From Candidatus Microgenomates bacterium (GTDB taxonomy: Bacteria > Patescibacteriota > JACPGU01), in the NCBI GenBank assembly GCA_016188915.1, contig JACPGU010000002.1:158346-222345 (forward strand): a stretch of DNA of 64,000 nt, written 5' to 3'. Shown piece after piece: positions 51,231-62,781 of this stretch (the first letter of the stretch is position 1; every line of letters starts with the position of its first letter). Under the pieces are notes generated by a model. That model made no database searches. It was not told where the DNA came from and saw nothing but the letters and a program-made list of their open reading frames with translations. A program made the translations under genes and the position numbers.

Positions 51231-53450
51231 ATGCCTAAAAAGAAAAATCAACAGGTCAAAAAATCCAAGACCAAGCCCAGCAAAAAAAGTAAACAAGAAG
51301 AATTGGAACTGGCGATTAGCCCTGATACCATGGCAGAAATTATTGCCATTGTTTTTGTTCTCGTTGGTGGTATTTTGGGACTTTCCTTGTTTGACCTTTT
51401 TGGCAGTTTTGGGCAGTATATCGGTGAAATAGCAAAGCAAATCTTCGGCTGGTCTTCGTATTTATTCTCTCTATCTTTGCTCATTTTTGGTATTTTGATG
51501 TTTTTCCCAGGGCGTTATCCCGTCAAGGCTACTACCTATGTCGGGTTTGCCATGGTCAATCTGCTTGTACCAATGTTTATTCATCTTTTTGTTCAGGCGG
51601 ATTTTTCTTTTGATACGGCTCTAGATGGTGCTGGCGGAGGTTTTGTCGGCCATTTTTTGGGGCAAGGGCTGAAGAGCTATGTGGATATGTCTGGCTCTAT
51701 TGTTATCATTGGTGGACTATTTTTGATTGCCTGTTTGATGTTGTTTAACACTAGCCTGCGCCGTATTCAGGAGCAGATGGACTCTGACCCCTATAAGATT
51801 TCTATTGATCCGCCAAAAGCTTTGGGAAAATTAAAAATCAATATTCCCTCCCCTTCTTTGAAAGAAAAATTTTCTGGCGCTATCAAGGGAGCGGTGAATA
51901 AAGCAGAAGGCGTAGAGGAAAAATCCATTAAAACATCAGAATCGGCAGAAGAGAAAAATACCGAGGAGACAATAGTAAAAGAAAATTTTTCCTGGGAGTA
52001 TCCGCCACTTTCTTTATTGGAAGAATCAAAATATTCGGTTGATAGTGGCAATGTCACTGGCAATGCCGAAACTATTGCCAAAACTTTGGCGCAATTTGGC
52101 ATTCGGGTAGCGATGCAGGATGTTAATGTGGGTCCGACTTTTACGCAATACACTCTGAAGCCGGCCGAAGGAACAAAGCTTTCCAAAATCACCACTCTTC
52201 AAGATGATTTGGCCTTAGCCTTGGCTACTCACCCCATTCGTATTGAAGCGCCTATTCCTGGTAAGTCATTGGTGGGGGTAGAAGTGCCTAATAAAAAAGT
52301 AGCACAAGTTCGCCTAAAAGAGATCTTGCAGTCAGGTGAATATCGTTCAGCTGCCGACAGGGGCAATTTGGTAGTGTCTTTGGGTAAGGATGTTTCTGGC
52401 GTGCCAGCGGTCGCTGATATTGCCAGAATGCCTCATATTTTGATTGCTGGTGCTACTGGTTCTGGTAAAAGCGTTTGTGTGAATGGTATCTTGGCCAGCC
52501 TTCTTTTTCGCTACAGCCCCAAGGAATTGCGACTGATTATGGTGGACCCCAAAAGAGTAGAGATGACCGGTTACAATGATATCGCGCACCTTCTGACGCC
52601 TGTTATTACCGAACCGGACAAAACTATCAATGCTTTTCGTTGGGCAGTGGGAGAAATGGAAAATCGCTATAAACTTTTGAGTAGTGTCGGCGCGCGCGAT
52701 ATTGTCGGCTATAACAAAAAACTTGGTAAAAACGAAGAATCTATGCCCTATATTGTTTTGGTGGTAGATGAGTTGGCGGATGTAATGATTCAAGCGGCGC
52801 AAGAGATGGAGGGGCTAATCGTTAGGATCGCCCAAATGGCACGAGCAGTAGGTATTCATTTGATTTTAGCAACACAAAGGCCTTCGGTTAATGTGGTGAC
52901 GGGACTGATTAAGGCAAATGTACCGTCTCGAGTCGCTTTTCGAGTGGCATCCCAAGTGGATAGTCGTACTATTTTAGATATGGCAGGAGCAGAACGACTA
53001 ATCGGAAGAGGAGATATGCTTTTTATGGCAGGCGATGGACAAAAGCCCAAGCGTATCCAGGGTGTTTTCGTTGACGATAAAGAGATCAAATCAATCATTG
53101 ATAAAATAAAAGCGCAGCAAGAGCCGGAATATAATGAAGATGTAATCAAGCCACATAAAGCGCCAGGTATGGCTGGCGGAGCTATGGCGGGAGAGATAGA
53201 CGATGATATGTATCAACAGGCTTATGATGAAGTAGTGCGTTCGGGCAAAGCCTCGGCTTCTTTTTTACAAAGGCGCTTAAGAATTGGTTACGCGAGAGCG
53301 GCCAGGCTTTTAGATATACTAGAAGAACAAGGCGTAATTGCCTCTGCTGATGGTTCTAAGCCACGAGAAGTGATTGTTTCCAGAGCTGATAATACTGCTC
53401 CAACCGAGATCTATGATGATGATTGGGGCGATGAAAATGAAGAGGCCTAG
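51231..53450 (+). CDS. ftsK: DNA translocase FtsK/SpoIIIE
   Basis: N-terminal TMs, GATGSGKS, LATQRPS, gamma domain SFLQRRLRIGYARAAR. Confidence 0.97.
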   Translation: MPKKKNQQVKKSKTKPSKKSKQEELELAISPDTMAEIIAIVFVLVGGILGLSLFDLFGSFGQYIGEIAKQIFGWSSYLFSLSLLIFGILMFFPGRYPVKATTYVGFAMVNLLVPMFIHLFVQADFSFDTALDGAGGGFVGHFLGQGLKSYVDMSGSIVIIGGLFLIACLMLFNTSLRRIQEQMDSDPYKISIDPPKALGKLKINIPSPSLKEKFSGAIKGAVNKAEGVEEKSIKTSESAEEKNTEETIVKENFSWEYPPLSLLEESKYSVDSGNVTGNAETIAKTLAQFGIRVAMQDVNVGPTFTQYTLKPAEGTKLSKITTLQDDLALALATHPIRIEAPIPGKSLVGVEVPNKKVAQVRLKEILQSGEYRSAADRGNLVVSLGKDVSGVPAVADIARMPHILIAGATGSGKSVCVNGILASLLFRYSPKELRLIMVDPKRVEMTGYNDIAHLLTPVITEPDKTINAFRWAVGEMENRYKLLSSVGARDIVGYNKKLGKNEESMPYIVLVVDELADVMIQAAQEMEGLIVRIAQMARAVGIHLILATQRPSVNVVTGLIKANVPSRVAFRVASQVDSRTILDMAGAERLIGRGDMLFMAGDGQKPKRIQGVFVDDKEIKSIIDKIKAQQEPEYNEDVIKPHKAPGMAGGAMAGEIDDDMYQQAYDEVVRSGKASASFLQRRLRIGYARAARLLDILEEQGVIASADGSKPREVIVSRADNTAPTEIYDDDWGDENEEA

Positions 53451-54772
53451 ATTACGAGATAGCCCAAGAACCCCGCCAGGCTAATAATTATCATAGAAGC
53501 TCCCAGCCGCCAAGAAAATTGCCGATGCCCCTGAATAGTAGCGTAGATGGATTTGCTGATAAGATTGGTCGCGTTGATGGCGACAAAGACCAAGAGAGCA
53601 GATTTGAAAGTAATAACAGAACCAGCTGTTTCCGCCAAGTTGACCGTCACAGCATCTATGCCGGAAAAAGAAGCAATAACAGAAGTTAAGAGAAACCCTT
53701 TTTGACCGAAGAGCAAAAGACTGGTCTTGGTAATGATCCTGACAGCAATCAAAATACAAGCAAATTTGATAGCGGGCAATAAAGAAAAAAGCTTTTTATC
53801 GTGCCGGTTGGCTATTTGGTCAAAACGGCTTTTTTTGTCTCGGTAGGCCAGGAAAAAAAGAGCCAAGGCAAGAGCAGATATAGTAATCAAAACCAAAGTG
53901 GGAGTAATGGCAACCAGCCATTGACTATTGATAGCCAAGACAATAATAAAAATTTGGATAAAACTGGCGGCATTAGCCAGCATCGCCGATCCCAGGAGCC
54001 TGCGATAGGATTTATTTTTATTGCTTTGCATAGCCAGAGATTGTGTTGTGGCGGTAGAAGAAATAAATCCAGCTATTGCGCTAGTCAAAACAACGCCGCT
54101 ATTTTTACCAATCAAACGGCTCGTAATATAGCCAAAAATGTCAATGCCGGTAATCAGAGCAACAATCAGCCAAAGACGGTGTGGATTGAATATCTCAATA
54201 TCTCCCCATGATCCTAGGTGAATACTATAAGCGTCTAAGAGAGCTGAAATATTAGGGATATCGGTCAGGTAGTAGGCTTTATTGGGTAAAAACGGCAAAA
54301 CTACCAAAGCAATAATGAGATAGCTAATGAAAGATTGTACTTCTTGATGAGAAATGCCGAGTATTATTTTTTTAGTTTGAGATTTGGCCGATAAAATAAG
54401 CAATAAAACCACCAAAAGCGCCACAGACATTTGTACCGATAGAGCTTCGGCGGTGATGAAGAATCCGAGCAGAAAAGCGTAGAGAGCGGAGATCTCTGTA
54501 GTGAGCCCTAGCCCTCCGGTAGAGAGAGAACTTAAAATATAATAGATAGCAATCAAAGTAAAAATCCCGACAGCGATAATCAAAAAGATGCCGGTCATCC
54601 CCTCTGCGTTGGCGAATCCGGCAAAAGCGCCCATGATAGCGATCAAGGCAAAGGTGCGAATACCGCCTAATGTTCCTTTGTGATCGCTGTTGCGGCTGGA
54701 CTCTCTTTCCAGCCCGATTAAGGCGCCAAAGATAGCCGACAGGAGAAATTTTAATGGCAAGGCTAAAATCAT
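53447..54772 (-). CDS. MgtC/SapB + DUF4010 membrane protein
   Basis: GALIGLERE..GGIRTFAL, GLTTE, GFISSTATT. Confidence 0.88.
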   Translation of the reverse strand: MILALPLKFLLSAIFGALIGLERESSRNSDHKGTLGGIRTFALIAIMGAFAGFANAEGMTGIFLIIAVGIFTLIAIYYILSSLSTGGLGLTTEISALYAFLLGFFITAEALSVQMSVALLVVLLLILSAKSQTKKIILGISHQEVQSFISYLIIALVVLPFLPNKAYYLTDIPNISALLDAYSIHLGSWGDIEIFNPHRLWLIVALITGIDIFGYITSRLIGKNSGVVLTSAIAGFISSTATTQSLAMQSNKNKSYRRLLGSAMLANAASFIQIFIIVLAINSQWLVAITPTLVLITISALALALFFLAYRDKKSRFDQIANRHDKKLFSLLPAIKFACILIAVRIITKTSLLLFGQKGFLLTSVIASFSGIDAVTVNLAETAGSVITFKSALLVFVAINATNLISKSIYATIQGHRQFSWRLGASMIIISLAGFLGYLVI

Positions 54773-54894
54773 ATTTTGTTTTTGTTTATCAGAAAATTAC
54801 TTCAATATTACTACGAATTAAAAAATGGCACAAACAGAAATTTTAATTAGTTTACAGGCTTATTTTTTTGTGCTAAAATAAAAGAAAACAGTAA

Positions 54895-54936
54895 TCCTTT
54901 TTCCGCTTCATCAGCGGGCAAATGGCCATAAAAGGA
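54895..54936 (+). promoter_or_regulatory. Candidate rpsF (S6:S18) leader hairpin sequestering the RBS
   Basis: TCCTTTT pairs with AAAAGGA around an internal CCGC..GCGG hairpin. Confidence 0.4.
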
Positions 54937-54941
54937 GATTT

Positions 54942-55595
54942 ATGAAAAAATACGAACTAGCTTTTGTTTTGGGAGAAAAAAATACTGAACCGAAAGCGCA
55001 AGAGATCGCTCGTGAGATAAAAAATATTTTAACCGAACGCAAAGCAGAGATAGAAAGTGATTTTTTTTGGGGCAAAAAGAAATTGGCCTATCCTATCGCC
55101 GGGAACTCTTTTGGCTATTATTTTATAGTAGTTTTTTCAGCTGACGAGGGGGTGCTTGCCAAAATTAACAAAGATCTGAATCTCAACGAAACAGTAGTGC
55201 GGCATTTGATTACGCGCCATATCGAGGGTCTGGAAAAGCCATGGGAAGGAGAAAAAGAAAGTGATGGAAGAGATATTAAGGAAGAGAAAGAACAAGCTCC
55301 AAAAAAGAAAAAGGTAATTATTGAAAAAGAAAAGGAATTGCCCAAGAAAGAAGAAAAAGAAGATATTAAAGTAAAAAAGGAAGAGAAGAAAGGCCCCAAT
55401 GCTTCGGTCGGAGCAAGCAAGCTTGATGAGGCTATCGTTAAAGATATCGAGGAAAAGATTGAAGAAAAAGAATCACAAGAAAAACAAATCAAAGAGCTGA
55501 TTGAGGAAAGGAGAGAACCGACAGAAGAAGAGAGAAAGGCGGAACTGGATAAAAAACTGGCAGAAATTTTAGGAAATGACATAGATTCTTTGTAG
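54942..55595 (+). CDS. rpsF: 30S ribosomal protein S6 with long charged C-terminal extension
   Basis: YEL.F, WGKKKLAYPI, GYY, VVRHLI; rpsF-ssb-rpsR synteny. Confidence 0.95.
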   Translation: MKKYELAFVLGEKNTEPKAQEIAREIKNILTERKAEIESDFFWGKKKLAYPIAGNSFGYYFIVVFSADEGVLAKINKDLNLNETVVRHLITRHIEGLEKPWEGEKESDGRDIKEEKEQAPKKKKVIIEKEKELPKKEEKEDIKVKKEEKKGPNASVGASKLDEAIVKDIEEKIEEKESQEKQIKELIEERREPTEEERKAELDKKLAEILGNDIDSL

Positions 55596-55632
55596 GCGAT
55601 AATATTCATAATATTCATAAAGGGGACATCAT

Positions 55633-56112
55633 ATGCTAAGTCTTAACAGGGCTCAAATTATTGGCAATCTTACCCGCGATCCAGAATTACGCTATACCGC
55701 CAACGGACAAGCGGTCACTTCTTTTGGGGTGGCGACTAATCGGGCATGGAACGACCCATCAGGAGAAAAAAAAGAAGCAGTAGAATTTCATGATGTTGTC
55801 ACCTGGGGTAAATTGGCAGAGATTTGTAAGCAAATTTTAGCCAAAGGTCGCAAAGTTTATATTGAAGGACGTTTGCAGACCAGAACTTGGGAGGGACAAG
55901 ATGGAGTCAAGCGCCAGAAAACGGAAATAGTAGCAGAAAATATGTTGGTTCTGGATAGACCTAAAGATGGCGCTACGAATTTTGTCGCCCCTTCGGAAAA
56001 TTCAGAAAAAAGCTTTCCTGCCGTTGATAGTCCCTCTAATGATAATCCCCCTGAAAGTGTGCCAGCCAATGCCAAAGAAGGAGAGGTAAACTTAGAGGAT
56101 ATTCCGTTCTAA
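55633..56112 (+). CDS. ssb: Single-stranded DNA-binding protein
   Basis: IGNLTRDPELRYT, YIEGRLQTR, C-terminal DIPF. Confidence 0.97.
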   Translation: MLSLNRAQIIGNLTRDPELRYTANGQAVTSFGVATNRAWNDPSGEKKEAVEFHDVVTWGKLAEICKQILAKGRKVYIEGRLQTRTWEGQDGVKRQKTEIVAENMLVLDRPKDGATNFVAPSENSEKSFPAVDSPSNDNPPESVPANAKEGEVNLEDIPF

Positions 56113-56152
56113 AAGCACAAATTATATTATTAATATTAAGATTTACATAGAT

Positions 56153-56359
56153 ATGAAAAGTAAGATTTGTCCATTTTGTTCAAAGGGTTTGCAGGAGATA
56201 GACTACAAACAGCACGAACATTTAAAAAAATTTATGTCTGTTTTGGGCAAGATAGAAACTCGTCGCAGAACGGGTGCTTGTGTTTATCATCAGAAAAGTT
56301 TGTCTCGCGCCATCAAAAGAGCGAGACACATCGCTCTGCTACCCTTCGTTATTAGCTAG
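56153..56359 (+). CDS. rpsR: 30S ribosomal protein S18
   Basis: CPFC..IDYK..GKI..RRTG.C..HQ..AIKRAR.IALLPF. Confidence 0.96.
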   Translation: MKSKICPFCSKGLQEIDYKQHEHLKKFMSVLGKIETRRRTGACVYHQKSLSRAIKRARHIALLPFVIS

Positions 56360-56440
56360 TATCAAGTATTACGTATTAAGTATTATGTATGAACTCGCTT
56401 CATACTTTATGCTTAATACTAGATACATAATACATATTCG

Positions 56441-56995
56441 ATGAATATGACCGATCTAAAACCTGGGACAAAGATTGAATACAAAAGCGAGCCACACGAA
56501 GTCGTGGCCTCGTCTTTTTCTCGTTCTTCTCAAAGCAAAGGGTTTATGACGACTCGTCTGCGTAATATGATTACCGGCAATGTCTATGAGGTCGTTTTTC
56601 GCGCTAATGATGAAATACGCGGTATCGAAATAGAAAAGAAAAAAGTGCAATTTCTCTACAAACAGGGAGAAAACGCTTTTTTTATGGACAATGTTTCTTT
56701 TGAGCAATTTGAATTACCCGGTAGTGTTTTGGGCGATAAAATTTACTTTTTAACCGAAGGAATGGCGGTAGATTTGATTATCTATAATGACGCGCCGATT
56801 AGCGTGGAAATCTCGCCAAAGGTCGTCTTGATAATTACCGATACCGAACCGGGGATCAAATCGGCCACTGCTTCAGATGTGAAAAAACAAGCAGTAACGG
56901 AGACGGGTTATAAATTGCAAGTACCATCTTTCGTCAATATCGGCGACAAAATCAAAGTTAGCACCGAGACAGGACTGTATGCGGAGCGCGCGTAA
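56441..56995 (+). CDS. efp: Elongation factor P (atypical tip loop)
   Basis: DLKPG, QFLY, FMD..FEQ, TEPG, K.A.TETG...VP.FV..GD.I.V.T..G.Y.ERA. Confidence 0.93.
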   Translation: MNMTDLKPGTKIEYKSEPHEVVASSFSRSSQSKGFMTTRLRNMITGNVYEVVFRANDEIRGIEIEKKKVQFLYKQGENAFFMDNVSFEQFELPGSVLGDKIYFLTEGMAVDLIIYNDAPISVEISPKVVLIITDTEPGIKSATASDVKKQAVTETGYKLQVPSFVNIGDKIKVSTETGLYAERA

Positions 56996-57120
56996 CGTGC
57001 TTTCACGAATCGTACGAATTTGATGACGAATTTCACAAAAGAGAACAATAGTGCCCGCCAGATTGGCGGACATTTTTGTATTTGTTTGACCAGAAGGAGT
57101 GGAAATGCTATACTGGGAAT

Positions 57121-57909
57121 ATGAAAATCCGCTTAGACAAGCTACTTTTGGATAAAGGTCTGGTTGCGTCGTGCGAGAAAGCGCAGGGGCTGATTATGGC
57201 GGGACGAGTTTTGGTAGAGGGTAAAGTTTCGGATAAACCAGGAATGAGCTACTCGGAGGCCATCAAAATTGAGATTTTGCAAACACCACAATATGTCAGT
57301 CGCGGCGCGGAGAAGATGGCGGGAGCGGCTACCGCTTTCGCCCTGGATTTTCACGGCAAAATAGTGGCCGATATCGGTTCTTCCACGGGTGGTTTTACCG
57401 ATTACGCTTTGCAAAACGGCGCGAAAAAAGTTTACGCGATAGATGTCGGTACTGGCCAGCTAGATTGGAGTTTGCGCTCTAATCCGAAGATAGTGGTAAT
57501 GGAGAACACCAATGCCAGATATTTGGAAAATCTGCCCGATCCGATAGATATTTTCGTTGTCGATGTCTCCTTCATTTCTTTAAAGAAGATTTTGCCAACT
57601 TTAAAAAAAATCATAAATCATAAATCTGAAATCATAAATCACGCTACAATCGTCGTGCTTTTCAAACCGCAGTTTGAAGCGAAGAAAAATATCGCTGACA
57701 AATATAAAGGAGTGATCACCGACAGTAAAATTCACGAAGAGCTGCTGGCTGATTTTCGGAAATGGTGCGAGGAAGCTAGCTGGAAGGTGCTAGGGGAGTG
57801 CCCATCCCCCATCAATGGAGACAAAGGAAATAGAGAATTTTTCTTTTACCTGAAGGCGGAAGAAAAAGAAAATAAAAAAGCAAAAAATCAAGAAAATAAA
57901 ATAACATGA
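57121..57909 (+). CDS. tlyA: TlyA family rRNA methyltransferase
   Basis: S4 domain RLD.LL, YVSRG, DIGSSTGGFTD, DVSFISL, KPQFE. Confidence 0.95.
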   Translation: MKIRLDKLLLDKGLVASCEKAQGLIMAGRVLVEGKVSDKPGMSYSEAIKIEILQTPQYVSRGAEKMAGAATAFALDFHGKIVADIGSSTGGFTDYALQNGAKKVYAIDVGTGQLDWSLRSNPKIVVMENTNARYLENLPDPIDIFVVDVSFISLKKILPTLKKIINHKSEIINHATIVVLFKPQFEAKKNIADKYKGVITDSKIHEELLADFRKWCEEASWKVLGECPSPINGDKGNREFFFYLKAEEKENKKAKNQENKIT

Positions 57910-57949
57910 TACCTAATTTCTTAATTTATTAATTTCTTATTTTCTTAAT

Positions 57950-58477
57950 ATGCTCGTTCACGCAAAAAATATCATCGGTGGCAAAGTAGTAGATATGTCT
58001 TCGCTGACCATAGCGGGGGATATTTCCAGTGTGGTAGTTGATCCGGAAAACGGGGCTATTTTGGCTTTGCTTTTGCAGAAAAATTTCTGGAATACTGTTA
58101 GGGCTCTTTCTTGGCGAGATATTGTAGAGTGGTACAAAGACGGGATTTTGGTTCGTGATAGTGATAATATCGTGTCGGTTGGAGATATCATCAAAGTAGA
58201 AAAAGCGATGAAAGAAAAAACTTTTGCTCTAGGTGATCGTGTTTTAACTCAAAAAGGTAAATTTTTAGGATTTTTGCACGATTTTTCTTTTGATAGCACA
58301 TTGGGAGCCATAGGTACCATTATTGTCAAAAAAAGATTTTCTAGCGAATTACGTATTATGAGCGCCCATCGTATCCTTTCTATTTTGTCTGGAAAAATAA
58401 TTATTCGCGACATCATTGAGCCTGCGCAAAACAAAGAAAAAAGAGCGCCTCAATCGCTCTCTTCTCTGGCGGGTTAA
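57950..58477 (+). CDS. Tandem PRC-barrel domain protein
   Basis: IIG.KV..G.I..VVVDPENG; second repeat G.RV.T..G..LG...DF.FD. Confidence 0.75.
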   Translation: MLVHAKNIIGGKVVDMSSLTIAGDISSVVVDPENGAILALLLQKNFWNTVRALSWRDIVEWYKDGILVRDSDNIVSVGDIIKVEKAMKEKTFALGDRVLTQKGKFLGFLHDFSFDSTLGAIGTIIVKKRFSSELRIMSAHRILSILSGKIIIRDIIEPAQNKEKRAPQSLSSLAG

Positions 58478-58484
58478 GCATTTT

Positions 58485-60113
<1,629 letters not shown>

Positions 60114-60204
60114 TTAAAAAATTAAGAAAGCAATAAATTAAGAAAATAATTGCTAAAAATCTCTTTTGCTATTGTTTTTTAGTTTTTTTAATTTCTTATT
60201 TTTT

Positions 60205-60495
60205 TTATTTAATAATTCCTAGAACATCTCCTTCTCCCAAAATGAATAATTCTTCTCCGTCTATTTTTATTTCTGTCGGCGAATATTTGGCGAATAAAAT
60301 ATAATCACCGGGCTTTATTTCTGTGGCGTGAAATCGGCCGTTATCATCTTTTTTCCCCGGTCCGACCGCTAAAACCTCGCCTTTTTGAGGGCGTTCGGTT
60401 CCAGCAGTATCAGGGATGATAATCCCTGATTTGGTCTCTTTTTCTTCATCTAGCGGTCTGACCAATATTTTGTCGCGAAGAGGTTGAATCTGCAT
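60205..60495 (-). CDS. groS: Co-chaperonin GroES
   Basis: IQPLRDKILV, SGIIIPD, GEVLAVGPG; start at ATG 60495. Confidence 0.96.
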   Translation of the reverse strand: MQIQPLRDKILVRPLDEEKETKSGIIIPDTAGTERPQKGEVLAVGPGKKDDNGRFHATEIKPGDYILFAKYSPTEIKIDGEELFILGEGDVLGIIK

Positions 60496-60574
60496 ATGTA
60501 TAGTATAGTGATAGAAGATAAAATTGCTAATTGCACCAATAATTCTAGCAAACGAATGGTCTTTCGTCAAGACT

Positions 60575-61501
60575 TCAAAGATAGGACTCCCAATTTCCGT
60601 CAGTGACTCTTTTCCAGTCTTTGGTATGAAATTTGAGAATTTGATCGCTGAAAATAACAGATTCCGGATGCCCGAATTTTTTTTGAGAATTTTTTATCAA
60701 TTTTTTTTCTGTAAAACGAGCCAAGTCTTCCCAGAACTTTGGAGCAAAAAATATCTCCAAAAAACGAGAGATAATCAGAGCCAGTTTTGAGATAGTGAAA
60801 TCTTTGTAATAATTAGTGATATTGTTCTGCGCGTTGGGCAGATCTTTTTTTATCCAAGAATTGACTTCTTTATATTTTTCAAAAGTTTGATCTTTATTTA
60901 TAATGGGAGCATTTTCGGCGATCCAATAGGAGAGAAAAAATTCTCTATTTTTTGGCGCGATATAGGACAGATCCATCGCGTCTTCATTGGCATAGATAGA
61001 AAGGCAAATTTTACCGCTAATTCTTTTACCGTGGCGCCTAATGAGCAAAAGATGAAGCAAAAGGGAAGAAAACCCCCTGGCAAACCAGATATGATTTTTA
61101 GTCGTAATGATAAAAAAATCTATATCACTTTGCTGGTCGCAAGTGAAAAGAGCCAAAGAATTATTGGCGGCCACCATTTTTATAAAAGGGCAAAAAGACA
61201 ATATTTTAGTTGCAAAAAGAGCCTTTTCCCAATATTTTTCTGATATTTCGTAGCGTTTTTCTCGCAATTCTAGTATATTTTTTCGATTGGGCAGAAAATA
61301 AAATCCATTAGTCATTTCAATTTTTTTCTCCGTCCTTAGCTCCTCTAGGACGATGATTACTTCGCTCAAATCTGCCTGGTGGCGAAAAAGATAATTCCAG
61401 ACCTCAAAAGATGTCAGTGGTTGGCCAAAAGCATCAAAATAGCTGACGGTGAAAAGCGTTGCTTGTTTGAGATCGGTTATTTTTTGCTGATTGTCTGACA
61501 T
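60575..61501 (-). CDS. Nucleotidyltransferase-fold hypothetical protein
   Basis: NSLA..SDIDFFII motif; KICLS. Confidence 0.65.
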   Translation of the reverse strand: MSDNQQKITDLKQATLFTVSYFDAFGQPLTSFEVWNYLFRHQADLSEVIIVLEELRTEKKIEMTNGFYFLPNRKNILELREKRYEISEKYWEKALFATKILSFCPFIKMVAANNSLALFTCDQQSDIDFFIITTKNHIWFARGFSSLLLHLLLIRRHGKRISGKICLSIYANEDAMDLSYIAPKNREFFLSYWIAENAPIINKDQTFEKYKEVNSWIKKDLPNAQNNITNYYKDFTISKLALIISRFLEIFFAPKFWEDLARFTEKKLIKNSQKKFGHPESVIFSDQILKFHTKDWKRVTDGNWESYL

Positions 61502-61609
61502 AAAGATTTGATTTATAGTGGAGATAGCTACTAGGGCTATTTTAACATATTTTTGTAAAACATTTCTTACTCTAACAGAAAACTAAAAAGATATAAATCT
61601 TTGGAAGAT

Positions 61610-62479
61610 ATGAAAAAAAGACTTCTTTTAGCTGGCATTCTTTTGCTCGCATTGATTTTTTTGGTCTCAATACTCTATTTTTTACCAAAGGTGACTTCTG
61701 GCGGGCGGGTTAGTGGCTGGTATTTTGGCCATCAAAAATGGTCGGGGGAGATTACCGTTTCTGGTGATGTTTTGATCATCGGCGATTTGATCGTGGAACC
61801 AGGGACGAAAGTTAGCTTTGTGGTCGGGGATGACCAAAAAAGTGGCGATGAGATCCCGCCCGATGGATTCAATGATAATGACCCTACTAGATTGAGATCA
61901 TATACGATCACCCATTCCGGCATCACCGTTTTGCGTCGCTTTATCGCGCGCGGGACGAAAGACCAAAAAATCATCTTTACTTCTGTCAGTCAAACTCCCG
62001 CTCTGGCCGACTGGGAATCTATCGTTTTCTTTGGCAATGGTAGTGTGGTGGACAATGTGATCGTTAATTATTCTAGAAATGGGCTCAATCCGGTTGGTCG
62101 GCAGAACAAAAGCGTTATCCAAAATAGTATCGTTGAGCATACGCTTTGGGGAGCTATTTCTACGGCTCATTCTGGTATTAGCGCTATCAATAATTATTTG
62201 GCAGACAGCGGACACGAGGGGTTCGATGTCGGGTACGAAGGGGCGGGGCAGGTAATTCGTGGCAATACGATTGAAAATTGCCATACCGCCATCGTCGTTC
62301 TTGGTGGTTCGCCACTAATTGAAAACAATACAATCAAAAATTGCGGCGATGGGATTTTCATTGAAGAAGGAGCATCACCGACTTTGGAAAATAACAGTAT
62401 TACGCTTGCCCCAATCGACAGCCCTCTCTCTTGGCGCTATGGCGATTATGTGATACCGGTGTTCGATGTGCCGAAATAA
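61610..62479 (+). CDS. Membrane-anchored right-handed parallel beta-helix protein
   Basis: TM; L.VEPGT.V.F; RGT...I.FTS; repeated I.NN.I..C..GI coils. Confidence 0.8.
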   Translation: MKKRLLLAGILLLALIFLVSILYFLPKVTSGGRVSGWYFGHQKWSGEITVSGDVLIIGDLIVEPGTKVSFVVGDDQKSGDEIPPDGFNDNDPTRLRSYTITHSGITVLRRFIARGTKDQKIIFTSVSQTPALADWESIVFFGNGSVVDNVIVNYSRNGLNPVGRQNKSVIQNSIVEHTLWGAISTAHSGISAINNYLADSGHEGFDVGYEGAGQVIRGNTIENCHTAIVVLGGSPLIENNTIKNCGDGIFIEEGASPTLENNSITLAPIDSPLSWRYGDYVIPVFDVPK

Positions 62480-62521
62480 AGCTCTCCGAGCGTACGCTCG
62501 GAGAGCTTTATGGCAGAGATA

Positions 62522-62671
62522 TTATTTGATATCTTGAGTTGTGAGTTCTCGTAGCGATTTTCTATAAAATGCATAGAGGTTTTTGATTGTGCCACAATAT
62601 GTAGAGATCGTTTTTCGGCTATAATTGCGCAATTCCATTTCTTGTTTTATAATATCTAAAAGGTTTGGCAT
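62522..62671 (-). pseudogene. N-terminal remnant of an integron-type integrase / tyrosine recombinase
   Basis: Manual translation MPNLLDIIKQEMELRNYSRKTISTYCGTIKNLYAFYRKSLRELTTQDIK*YL resembles the (M)xLRNYSxxTxxxY SAM-like domain; premature stop, then cut at the palindrome 62478-62510. Confidence 0.75.
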
Positions 62672-62736
62672 TTGCTATGTAGGTGAATAGCAATCAATAT
62701 ATCATACTAAATCCAATCCATAACCACAAATTACTC

Positions 62737-62756
62737 CAGATATCAACGAGTTCTGC
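62737..62756 (+). mobile_element. attI-like recombination site
   Basis: CAGATAT..GTTCTGC core just upstream of the divergent integrase remnant; GTTCTGC is the reverse complement of GCAGAAC at 63369. Confidence 0.6.
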
Positions 62757-62781
62757 AAAATCGCAAAAAAAATTATAATCT

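Noticed and set aside
55240-55595. Long Lys/Glu-rich tail of S6
   Set aside because: Low-complexity charged extensions on ribosomal proteins are common; no separate domain evident
60524-60551. Inverted repeat TTGCTA..TAGCAA upstream of groES as a CIRCE
   Set aside because: Arm order and spacing do not match TTAGCACTC-N9-GAGTGCTAA; no CIRCE found for groESL
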